Below are positions 47,493 through 56,024 of a stretch of 64,000 nt of DNA, piece after piece; within the stretch, counting starts at the first letter, position 1; each line of letters begins with the position of its first letter. A model generated the notes under the pieces. That model did no database searches, was not told the origin of the DNA, and saw only the letters and a list, made by a program, of their open reading frames with translations. Origin of the DNA: an uncultured Clostridium sp. (GTDB taxonomy: Bacteria; Bacillota; Clostridia; TANB77; CAG-508). Both the position numbers and the translations under genes were made by a program. The stretch is from the NCBI GenBank assembly GCA_905213875.1, contig CAJMJN010000004.1:2370-66369 (forward strand). The letters run 5' to 3'.

Positions 47493-48062
47493 CTATAAAA
47501 TTTTTCTTAATTCTATTTCAGCTTTCTTTATAAAATAATCATTTGTATCTACTGGAAGATTTAATCTTTCCAACTCTTGTTTTATTTTATCTATTGTATC
47601 TAATTGTTCATTTTCTTCAATCTCAATTAGCTTATCACCATTTAGTACATCTTTTATACATATTTGCAACTCATTTTTCTTATAAAGATAATCCATTTCC
47701 TTAATTTGCATAATTGCTTTATAATCAATTGCTTCTAAAAATTTTTTTCCATCATTTGAATCTATAATTTTACAATCAACTTTACTTTGTTTTACTATAT
47801 TTCCTTCTTGATCAATTTCTTTTTTCTTATATGTTAGTTTACTTTCTCTATATTTGTTTGGAATGTATCCTTCAACATTTCGTAAAATTATTGCTTTACT
47901 TAATATATCTCGTTCTGACATATTCTTTATATTAATTGTATTCGGTATATAATAAATATCGTCCAGTAAATATCTTTCTACAAATTGAAATCCTTTGCTT
48001 TCTAATATTTTGCATATTTCTTCTACAGTACATTTTAATTTGACTGTTATTTCATTACTCAA
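47493..48062 (-). CDS. CYTH-domain protein (CyaB / triphosphate-tunnel family), paralogue A
   Basis: 189 aa with a beta-rich pattern starting NEITVKLK (where ExExK is expected) and ending in a C-terminal helix. It is clearly paralogous to 63335..63925. Confidence 0.65.
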   Translation of the reverse strand: MSNEITVKLKCTVEEICKILESKGFQFVERYLLDDIYYIPNTINIKNMSERDILSKAIILRNVEGYIPNKYRESKLTYKKKEIDQEGNIVKQSKVDCKIIDSNDGKKFLEAIDYKAIMQIKEMDYLYKKNELQICIKDVLNGDKLIEIEENEQLDTIDKIKQELERLNLPVDTNDYFIKKAEIELRKIL

Positions 48063-48204
48063 CTTAATATATCTCCTTTACAGTATCACTCTTAAATTAT
48101 AACATATTATGTAAATTTTGTAAAGTTTTAACCAGTCTCTTTTCTCCTTTATTCCCTTAATATATTGCTTTTTATAAAACAAAAAAGATTAGCACTACGC
48201 TAAC

Positions 48205-48462
48205 CTACTCTTCCTCTTTTAAAAAGTCATCTAACTTTTTATCAAATAAAATACTAAATTTAATCAACAATTTTAATGAGCATGTTTTTACTTCATCATT
48301 TAGTGATTCAATTCTTCTTAAATAATCGTGGGACATATCCAATATTTCTGCTACTTCCATTAATGACATTCCACTTTCTTTTCTATACTTTTTTATATTT
48401 TTGTATATAATAGGCATATAATCTTTTGATAATAATGCCTTTAACTTTTCGTTATTCTCCAT
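48205..48462 (-). CDS. XRE-family HTH regulator
   Basis: 85 aa. ..ESGMSLMEVAEILDMSHDYLRRIES.. is an HTH_3-type motif. Confidence 0.8.
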   Translation of the reverse strand: MENNEKLKALLSKDYMPIIYKNIKKYRKESGMSLMEVAEILDMSHDYLRRIESLNDEVKTCSLKLLIKFSILFDKKLDDFLKEEE

Positions 48463-48644
48463 TTAAAACACCTCTTAACAAACTTATTTTTCCATAAATT
48501 AGATAAAAAATATGTAACTTATTTGTCCCATTTAGTGTTTTTATGGTATAATACTGAATAGTAATAAAAAAGTGGCGATTTTTGACAAGTTTTGTCGATT
48601 GTATTGATTATTTGTAAAAAAGTATTACTATATACTTATAGCAA

Positions 48645-48902
48645 TTACTTTTTTCGATGAATATCGACTCTTGGCTCTAGTTTATTTGCTTTTGGATTGG
48701 CAATAAAAAGCAAATAAGGATCTACATCAAGTGCTTTTGCTATATTTTCAATAGTAGGAATTGATGGACTGTATTTTCCTTGTTCAATATCTGATATATA
48801 ATGTGTACTTAAACCAGACAACTCTCCTAACTTTTCTTGTGAGTAGTCTTGCATAAATCTATAATACTTTACATTTTTGCGAAAAATATCTATTAACTTC
48901 AT
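48645..48902 (-). CDS. XRE-family HTH regulator
   Basis: 85 aa. NVKYYRFMQDYSQEKLGELSGLSTHYISDIEQGKYSPSIPTIENIAKAL is a canonical Cro/C1-type HTH. Confidence 0.85.
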   Translation of the reverse strand: MKLIDIFRKNVKYYRFMQDYSQEKLGELSGLSTHYISDIEQGKYSPSIPTIENIAKALDVDPYLLFIANPKANKLEPRVDIHRKK

Positions 48903-48941
48903 TATATATCACCACACTTTCTAATACCATTCTTTTTAGTA

Positions 48942-48950
48942 TGGTATAAT
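48942..48950 (+). promoter_or_regulatory. Extended -10 element (TGGTATAAT) upstream of the membrane REC gene
   Basis: TATGGTATAAT lies divergent from the XRE gene at 48645..48902. A near-identical TATGGTATAAT occurs at 48542-48552, divergent from the other XRE gene. Confidence 0.35.
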
Positions 48951-49063
48951 TTTGTAGCAATATTCACAATGAAGTATATAGCCCAAACATTTTTCTATTA
49001 TAATAAAATACTTTAAAAATCCCAGTATTTTTATTAAAATTTATAGAAAGGAATTCATAAAAA

Positions 49064-49693
49064 ATGTTGTATTTTTTTATTGGTCTTAGTATTGTATTTT
49101 TTGTGCTTATAATCATATTATTTTATAAGATAAATACCTATAATAATAAATTAGCTAAACTAAATAACACTATTTCACAAAAGGAAAGTAAGATTTCTTT
49201 TCTTAATAATGAAATTACAAGGCTAAAAAATTCAGCACAAATATTAGAAGAAAAAGAATTTGAATCTTTAAAGTCAAATCCTTTTAAATTCTCTGAAATT
49301 CCAGAAGAATATAACGGAAAATTTGAAGGTAAAAAAGCCTTAATTGGTAATTATGATAATTTTTCTTCTAAATTAACTCGTACAATGTTAATGAATTTTG
49401 GAATTTCGGCAGATATTGTTACTACAGGTATTGATATATATGACAGAATAAAAAATGGTTGTACATATGATATTATTTTTACAAACAATATTTATCAAAA
49501 AGGCTATACTGGTCCTGAATTATTACATAAATTAAAAAACATTAACGGTTTTAAAACCCCAGTTATTATTCATACTATATCACATGATGCAAGAGAATAC
49601 TTTGTAAATACTATTGGTTTTGATGATTATTTAGAAAAGCCAATAAAATATGAAGAACTTAAAAATATCTTAAACAAATTTTTAAATACTTAA
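49064..49693 (+). CDS. Membrane-anchored coiled-coil protein with a degenerate receiver domain
   Basis: N-terminal TM segment ([17 protein letters not shown]), a coiled coil, then a CheY-like domain ([10 protein letters not shown]...[19 protein letters not shown]...KPI) with Asn at the phospho-acceptor position. Confidence 0.6.
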   Translation: MLYFFIGLSIVFFVLIIILFYKINTYNNKLAKLNNTISQKESKISFLNNEITRLKNSAQILEEKEFESLKSNPFKFSEIPEEYNGKFEGKKALIGNYDNFSSKLTRTMLMNFGISADIVTTGIDIYDRIKNGCTYDIIFTNNIYQKGYTGPELLHKLKNINGFKTPVIIHTISHDAREYFVNTIGFDDYLEKPIKYEELKNILNKFLNT

Positions 49694-49736
49694 GAAAAGA
49701 GCCACTTCAAAAGTTGGCTCTTTAATATATTATAAA

Positions 49737-50375
49737 TTAATATTTAAACATCAGATTTTCTATATCATTAATATTTTGTTTCTCATTAATTATTATTTTA
49801 AAAACTTCTGGTGCTTCAATTTGTTTATTAATAATTACTTTATCTTTAAATTTTAAACACTTTCTTTTTTCGTTATCAATATTTATCAGTTCGCACCATT
49901 TCATAAGTAAAAATATTATAGAAGCACCATGAGAAAAAATTGCAATTGTCTTACCTTTATTTTCATTAATTATATGCATAAAAGTTTTATACATTCTGTC
50001 AGTAACTTCTTTTCTGCTTTCTCCCTCTACATTTTTGATTTTTTCATCATAATATTGTTTCAAAGTTATATCTTCTGCATATTTAGGATTCCCATATTTT
50101 CTCTCATTTAAATTTCTATTAACATGAATTTTTTTATCCAACCTTTCTGCTAAATACTTTGCAGTTTGTATTGTCCTAACATAACTACTTGAATATATCA
50201 CATCTACTTTATCAAATTCCTTTTGTTTACTTAATATGTTTGCCTTTCTTTCTCCTTCTGCACTTAGTATTCTTTTTTCTCTAGTTATTTGATAATTCTC
50301 ATCATCATAGTATCTATCAATATATTTCATATCTAATTTTTCCGAGTGCCTAATTAAATAAACTATTGTGTTCAT
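49737..50375 (-). CDS. Histidine phosphatase family protein (phosphoglycerate-mutase-like)
   Basis: The RHSE motif (VYLIRHSEK) near the N-terminus and the SHGA motif (IFSHGASI) are typical of branch 1 histidine phosphatases. Confidence 0.8.
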   Translation of the reverse strand: MNTIVYLIRHSEKLDMKYIDRYYDDENYQITREKRILSAEGERKANILSKQKEFDKVDVIYSSSYVRTIQTAKYLAERLDKKIHVNRNLNERKYGNPKYAEDITLKQYYDEKIKNVEGESRKEVTDRMYKTFMHIINENKGKTIAIFSHGASIIFLLMKWCELINIDNEKRKCLKFKDKVIINKQIEAPEVFKIIINEKQNINDIENLMFKY

Positions 50376-50404
50376 ATCAAAACCTCGATTCTATATCTAA
50401 AAAA

Positions 50405-51571
50405 TCAATCTCTAAAATAAATATCTCTTGTATAAACCTTATCCATTACATCAGCTAATTCATCTTCTATTCTATTGGCAATTATAATCGAACTATTTTC
50501 TTTAAATGATTTTATATCCCTTACTATTTTACAATTTTTATAATTTTCATTTTCATATTGTGGCTCATATATTATTATGTTTTTGTTCTTTTCTATAAGC
50601 ATATCTATTATGTCAAATATAGCACTTGTCCTAAAATTGTCTGAATCTTTTTTCATTGATAATTTATATATGCCAATAATTTTAGGCTCTTTGCTTAATA
50701 TTTCTTTTACAATATGTTGTTTTCTTGTAGCATTACTATTCACAATCGCAGTAATAAGATTTTCAGGTACATCTTTGTAATTAGCTTTTAGTTGCTTGGT
50801 ATCTTTAGGTAAACAATATCCACCATATCCAAAAGATGGATTATTGTAAAAATCCCCTATTCTTTGATCCATGCATACACCTTCTATTAAATTTTTTGTA
50901 TTCAAGCCTTTTATTTCTGCATATGTATCTAATTCATTAAAATATGCAATTCTTAATGCCAAGTATGTATTAGAAAATAATTTTACAGCTTCTGCTTCTG
51001 TTGATTTCATAAATTTTATTGCTACATCTTTTTTTAATGAAGCTTTTTTCAATAACTCTGCAAACTTTTTCGCTTGTTCATTTTTATCTCCCAAAATAAT
51101 TCTAGATGGGTATAAATTATCATATAATGCTTTTCCTTCTCTTAAGAACTCTGGTGAAAATATAATATTATTCATGTTATGCTTTCTTTTCATTTTTTCT
51201 GTAAATCCTACTGGAACAGTAGATTTAATTATTATTGTTGTTGATATTTTCATATTTTTTATTTTTTCTATAATTTCTTCTACCAGAGAAGTATCAAAAA
51301 AATTATTTTTTTCATCATAATTTGTTGGCATACAAATTATAATGAAATCTGCGTTACAAAAAGCATCTTTATAATCTAATGTTGCTCTTAAATTTAATTT
51401 CTTCGTTCTTAGATATTTTTCTATATATTTATCTTCAATAGGACTTATTTTACTATTTATTTTATCCACTTTATCTTCTATAATATCTAATGCCACAACT
51501 TCATTATATTGACTTAACAATGTAGCCAAAGATAATCCAACATATCCTACTCCTGCTATTGCAATTTTCAT
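50405..51571 (-). CDS. ugd: UDP-glucose 6-dehydrogenase
   Basis: The start was chosen at MKIAIAGVGYVGLS (Rossmann GxGxxG) after AGAGGTG. The catalytic region is GFGGYCLPKD-like (SFGYGGYCLPKDTKQL). Confidence 0.9.
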   Translation of the reverse strand: MKIAIAGVGYVGLSLATLLSQYNEVVALDIIEDKVDKINSKISPIEDKYIEKYLRTKKLNLRATLDYKDAFCNADFIIICMPTNYDEKNNFFDTSLVEEIIEKIKNMKISTTIIIKSTVPVGFTEKMKRKHNMNNIIFSPEFLREGKALYDNLYPSRIILGDKNEQAKKFAELLKKASLKKDVAIKFMKSTEAEAVKLFSNTYLALRIAYFNELDTYAEIKGLNTKNLIEGVCMDQRIGDFYNNPSFGYGGYCLPKDTKQLKANYKDVPENLITAIVNSNATRKQHIVKEILSKEPKIIGIYKLSMKKDSDNFRTSAIFDIIDMLIEKNKNIIIYEPQYENENYKNCKIVRDIKSFKENSSIIIANRIEDELADVMDKVYTRDIYFRD

Positions 51572-51582
51572 ATTATTCACCT

Positions 51583-52635
51583 CTATTGCATATAATAATC
51601 TTTATACCATTTAGCAAATTTTTTTAATCCTTCTCTTAATGATGTACTTGGTTTAAAATTCATATCATCTTCCATTTGCTTTGTATCTGCATAAGTTATA
51701 GGTACATCCCCGGGTTGCATCGCCACTAATTCCTTATGAATTTCAAAATCATAATTTTGGGGTAAAACTTTTGCCTCAATTAATTCTTCTTGTAATATAT
51801 TAATAAAATCCAATAAATTTTCAGGTTGACCTTTTCCAATATTATATATTTTATATGGAGGTATTGGTAATCCATCTTCTCCGTTCTTTTTTATTGGAAT
51901 CTTATTTATTGTTCTTATTATTCCTTCTACTATATCATCTATGTAAGTAAAATCTCGTTCACATTTTCCATAATTATATATTTGAATTTTTTCACCATTT
52001 AATAGTTTATTTGTGAATTTAAAATATGCCATATCAGGTCTACCTGCTGGTCCATATACTGTAAAAAATCTCAAACCTGTTGTTGGAATATTATATAATT
52101 TTGAATAGCTATATGCTAAAAGTTCATTAGACTTTTTTGTTGCTGCATATAATGATACAGGCATATCTGTTTTATCATCTGTAGAATACGGTATTTTTTT
52201 ATTTACTCCATAAACAGATGAACTTGATGCATATACTAAATGTTCTATTTCATATTTTCTGCAACATTCTAATATATTATAAAATCCTATAATATTTGAT
52301 TGTATATATTCATCAGGATTAGTTATACTATATCTAACTCCTGCCTGTGCTGCCAAATTTACAACAATATCTGGCTTATATTTTTCAAATATCTGTCCTA
52401 TTTTTTCTTTATTCGCTATATCACATTTAATAAATTCAAATTTATCAAATTTTTGTAATTCTGATAGTCTATATTCTTTTAATTTTACATCATAATAATC
52501 ATTTAAATTATCAATACCTATTATATGTATCTTTTCATTTTTCAAATTTAATATTCTTTTTGCAAGATTTGCTCCAATAAATCCTGCAACTCCAGTAATT
52601 AAATACACTTTTATTTTATCGTTCACATTCTTCAC
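51583..52635 (-). CDS. NAD-dependent nucleotide-sugar epimerase (UDP-glucuronate 4-epimerase-like SDR)
   Basis: ITGVAGFIGANLA Rossmann motif, YAATKKSNE (YxxxK) catalytic motif and RFFTVYGPAGRPDMA, typical of the UDP-GlcA/Glc 4-epimerase subgroup. Confidence 0.85.
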   Translation of the reverse strand: MKNVNDKIKVYLITGVAGFIGANLAKRILNLKNEKIHIIGIDNLNDYYDVKLKEYRLSELQKFDKFEFIKCDIANKEKIGQIFEKYKPDIVVNLAAQAGVRYSITNPDEYIQSNIIGFYNILECCRKYEIEHLVYASSSSVYGVNKKIPYSTDDKTDMPVSLYAATKKSNELLAYSYSKLYNIPTTGLRFFTVYGPAGRPDMAYFKFTNKLLNGEKIQIYNYGKCERDFTYIDDIVEGIIRTINKIPIKKNGEDGLPIPPYKIYNIGKGQPENLLDFINILQEELIEAKVLPQNYDFEIHKELVAMQPGDVPITYADTKQMEDDMNFKPSTSLREGLKKFAKWYKDYYMQ

Positions 52636-53224
52636 TTTCCTTTATATCAACTCTCTCATCTATTCTTTTCAATATTTGATTTAATACTTGTTTTCTATTT
52701 TTAGATGTATCTATATACTCTATCCCATATTTAGGGCATTCTTTCTTTAATAATTGATTCTTCTCATTCCATTTGTCAGCATTTGTTGATAAATTCTCAT
52801 CTGATATTCCATATGTCCAATCTTTTTCTGTATCATATTCTCTACATAATTGCATAATTCCTTGTTTGTCAAGATCTCCATGTCCTAAACAAACACAAAT
52901 TAAATTTCCCATGTCAAGTAGTTCTTTTGCATATTTAGGCTCTAGTTGTCCACTTTCAAGAATAGTTCCATAATTTTTAGTATCTTGCTTTATGGAAGAT
53001 TTATAAATTTCTAATATAATCCTTTGAAATTTATCACTATGTACTAATTCTTTTCTTGCTTTTATGTTTTTAGTATAATATTCCTCTCTACCTGTTCCTC
53101 TTATTATTCCCCATATAATTGAATCTGCATGAATTATATTATACTGATTAAATTCATCTTTAATCATATTCCCTAATGTTGTTTTTCCCGCTCTTGCTAC
53201 TCCTATTATTAAAACATTTTTCAT
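52616..53224 (-). CDS. P-loop NTPase / small-molecule kinase-like protein
   Basis: Walker A GVARAGKTT at the N-terminus. About 200 aa. Its 3' end overlaps the start of the downstream epimerase gene by 20 nt. The substrate is unknown. Confidence 0.55.
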   Translation of the reverse strand: MKNVLIIGVARAGKTTLGNMIKDEFNQYNIIHADSIIWGIIRGTGREEYYTKNIKARKELVHSDKFQRIILEIYKSSIKQDTKNYGTILESGQLEPKYAKELLDMGNLICVCLGHGDLDKQGIMQLCREYDTEKDWTYGISDENLSTNADKWNEKNQLLKKECPKYGIEYIDTSKNRKQVLNQILKRIDERVDIKESEECER

Positions 53225-53245
53225 ATTAAATAAGTTCCTCCAATT

Positions 53246-54214
53246 TTATAAATATAAATTCATTTCATTTGAAAAGTCTTTTATTTCATCTTTATATTTT
53301 TGTGATATTACATCTGTATTAAAGTATCTATATATATCTAATAAACACTCATACATATTATCATCAAAATCAATTTTTTCACTATGTATTACTTTATTGT
53401 TTTGAATAATAGAAACATTTCCATCTTTTAATTTATTCAAATCTTTATCATAAAACAAAAATTCTCCTTTAATAACAATGTTATTTTCACATATAACAAT
53501 TACTTCCCTAATTTTGGTATTCGTTGCAAAATCACTCTCATGAATTACATAAACATCATTTTTCTTTGTAAAAATTTTACTATAGCCATGTTTTTCTAGT
53601 ATTCTATTTCCTCTTTCCATGGCTTTTTCTTCTTCAAGTAGCACTTGAGTATCTTTAGGATTATCTAGCAGAAACTGTGAAATATATACTTGATGTGGTA
53701 TATCATGTTCTATATTTCTTGTGACTTTTTTGTACATTCCCCTACCATTGAAGCTTTCTTCTGTCCTGTTTTTAGAAAAATTTGTATAAATAATAACTGG
53801 TTTTAATTCTTTTTGAACTATATATTCTTTAATTTTCATAACAATTTTTGAATACTCATAATTATGCACCATTGCGATATTTAAATCGTCATTTTCTTCA
53901 AAAAACTCCTTATTTACAATAAATGGTTTTTCGACCAATATATCTCTAATATTTAATTGTTTACATTCCATTATAATATCTAAAAATACACTTTTAGGAG
54001 TACATATATCAACAATAATATTGTTAACATCTAGTTTTTCTTTTTTTATTGTGCTTTCTATACTAGAATATACTTTTGAATCTTTTATATTTTCATTTTT
54101 TATTTTACCATCAATATCTACAAAATAAATTCTTCCTATTTTTTCAAACTTTTTATATGAATAATAATGCAAAAAACCTGCTTTTCCTGTTCCTACAATA
54201 ATTATATCTTTCAT
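53246..54214 (-). CDS. Gfo/Idh/MocA-family NAD(P) oxidoreductase
   Basis: N-terminal IIIVGTGKAGFLHY Rossmann motif and the EKP motif (VEKPF) characteristic of the family. Confidence 0.7.
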   Translation of the reverse strand: MKDIIIVGTGKAGFLHYYSYKKFEKIGRIYFVDIDGKIKNENIKDSKVYSSIESTIKKEKLDVNNIIVDICTPKSVFLDIIMECKQLNIRDILVEKPFIVNKEFFEENDDLNIAMVHNYEYSKIVMKIKEYIVQKELKPVIIYTNFSKNRTEESFNGRGMYKKVTRNIEHDIPHQVYISQFLLDNPKDTQVLLEEEKAMERGNRILEKHGYSKIFTKKNDVYVIHESDFATNTKIREVIVICENNIVIKGEFLFYDKDLNKLKDGNVSIIQNNKVIHSEKIDFDDNMYECLLDIYRYFNTDVISQKYKDEIKDFSNEMNLYL

Positions 54215-54228
54215 TTTTTACTCCTTTT

Positions 54229-55251
54229 TTACTCTAATAACTTTTTTGATATTTCATCTGCTTTTTTATATAAATCTCTACAAATATTAGTCCTATAAAA
54301 AGCAAACTCCAAATATTCATCTTTATTTTCTATATTTTTAAAATATTCACTATATCCAAATGTACTTCTTGCTAATTGTATCAAATATACATATGGTAAA
54401 TATTTAAAATCATATTCATTTAATTCAGTAAATTCTGCTACTTTTTTTGTATATTCAACTAAATTATCAACATCTATTTTTCCATCTTTAGCATCTTTAT
54501 CTATATAACTATAAGATCTAGCAATCTCCCAAACAATTGGTAATCTTTTTGTTTTAATAAAATCTAATATAACTCTTATTTTATCCTCATTATCATAAAT
54601 AAATTGTAAACTACTATAATCGCCATGTGATACTTTATGAGTTATATTCTTTATATCTTCTGCATTTATAGTTTTACTTAATTTAACTAATAATTCTTTT
54701 TTAAAAATAATATCCATTTTTATTTTTTCTGAAATTTTTGAATTATCCAATTTAGATAATATTTCATCATATTTTTTATTTGCTTTTTCAAATTCTTCGT
54801 TTGAATACCAATCTAGTATGTTAACATTATCATCTATCTTATAATTTTTAAATCCTTCTATAATTAACCCTAAATATCTTGCTGATTCCAATATTTGTTC
54901 ATGATTTCCTTTGTTTTTTTCAAAAACTTGTCCTTCTACAAATTTTTGAACCACTATCACTTTTCCTTTATGTACAAAATATAATTCATTGTTATTATTT
55001 TTTAAATATATTGGCAATGGAACTTGCGAATTTTTTCTTAAATATTCTATTGAATTTATTTCTTTTAAAACATTTTCTTTTGAATATTTTGACTGAAATT
55101 CTTTTACTATAAATTTTTCATTATTTGATATAATTTTAAATATATTTGCTGTTCCTTTATTTATTTTTTCTATTTTTTCAACCTTTATCCCATACTTTTT
55201 GTTCAGTTCTATTTGTAATTCTTTTTTAGAAAAAGTTGTTTTTTCAATCAT
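54229..55251 (-). CDS. APH/CotS-like phosphotransferase (protein-kinase-like fold), paralogue A
   Basis: N-terminal INKGTANIFKI...FIVKEF (Gly-rich loop and Lys), catalytic SHGDYSSLQFIY and ILDF metal-binding motif. It is paralogous to 61774..62820. Confidence 0.7.
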   Translation of the reverse strand: MIEKTTFSKKELQIELNKKYGIKVEKIEKINKGTANIFKIISNNEKFIVKEFQSKYSKENVLKEINSIEYLRKNSQVPLPIYLKNNNNELYFVHKGKVIVVQKFVEGQVFEKNKGNHEQILESARYLGLIIEGFKNYKIDDNVNILDWYSNEEFEKANKKYDEILSKLDNSKISEKIKMDIIFKKELLVKLSKTINAEDIKNITHKVSHGDYSSLQFIYDNEDKIRVILDFIKTKRLPIVWEIARSYSYIDKDAKDGKIDVDNLVEYTKKVAEFTELNEYDFKYLPYVYLIQLARSTFGYSEYFKNIENKDEYLEFAFYRTNICRDLYKKADEISKKLLE

Positions 55252-55253
55252 TC

Positions 55254-56024
55254 CTATATCTCCTCTAATTTTTTTATTATTTCTCTTTTATCTCCCCTGA
55301 CTTCAAAATTAAATATTTTACTTTCATCAATTTTACTCAAAAAACTTTTCACAAAAGTATTTGTATTATATAGTTCTACATTATCTGTAAATAAAGGCAT
55401 CATATAGTTCCAATAACAAAAAGGTGCTATATTTTTTACTATATAGTATTTGTTATTATTAATATCTATTTGTGTTTTTCCTTCATCGCATAAGCCTACT
55501 ATTCTAATTATTTTATTAATTTTTATTTCTTTTTTATATTGTTTTGTTTCCAAAGTTTTTATTTTCCCATTTTCTATATCAAAACTTGAGCCTAATTCTT
55601 GATACAAATCATTTTCTTTAAACTTTAGCCATGTTTGATCCGTTGAATTGATTTCATATCCATTATTTACAAACTCTTTTGCAAATGTTGATTTTCCTTG
55701 TCCAAATTCTCCAATAATTAATATTCCATCGTTCCCTTTACTAACTACCAATGAATGTACAAACATATTACTTTTGTCATTTATTATATATGCAATTACA
55801 TTATTAATAATAGGATATATATCTGTTTTTACTATTCTATTTTTTAATATTTTATAATCACCATTTATATTTATTTCAACTGATGTTTCATTAAATCTCA
55901 AATAATTATTGATTTCTTTATTGGTAACAATCTCAAATTGACTGAATCTTTTAAAAATATATTCATCATATTCATTACAATAGTTTATTACTTCTAAATA
56001 TTCATCTTTTATTTTATAAATCAT
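55254..56024 (-). CDS. HPr-kinase-C-terminal-like P-loop protein (short)
   Basis: HSLVVSKGNDGILIIGEFGQGKSTFAKEFVNNGYEINSTDQTWL parallels the HprK motif HG..v...g.GvLi.G.SG.GKS..a..L...G..l..DD. Confidence 0.5.
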   Translation of the reverse strand: MIYKIKDEYLEVINYCNEYDEYIFKRFSQFEIVTNKEINNYLRFNETSVEININGDYKILKNRIVKTDIYPIINNVIAYIINDKSNMFVHSLVVSKGNDGILIIGEFGQGKSTFAKEFVNNGYEINSTDQTWLKFKENDLYQELGSSFDIENGKIKTLETKQYKKEIKINKIIRIVGLCDEGKTQIDINNNKYYIVKNIAPFCYWNYMMPLFTDNVELYNTNTFVKSFLSKIDESKIFNFEVRGDKREIIKKLEEI

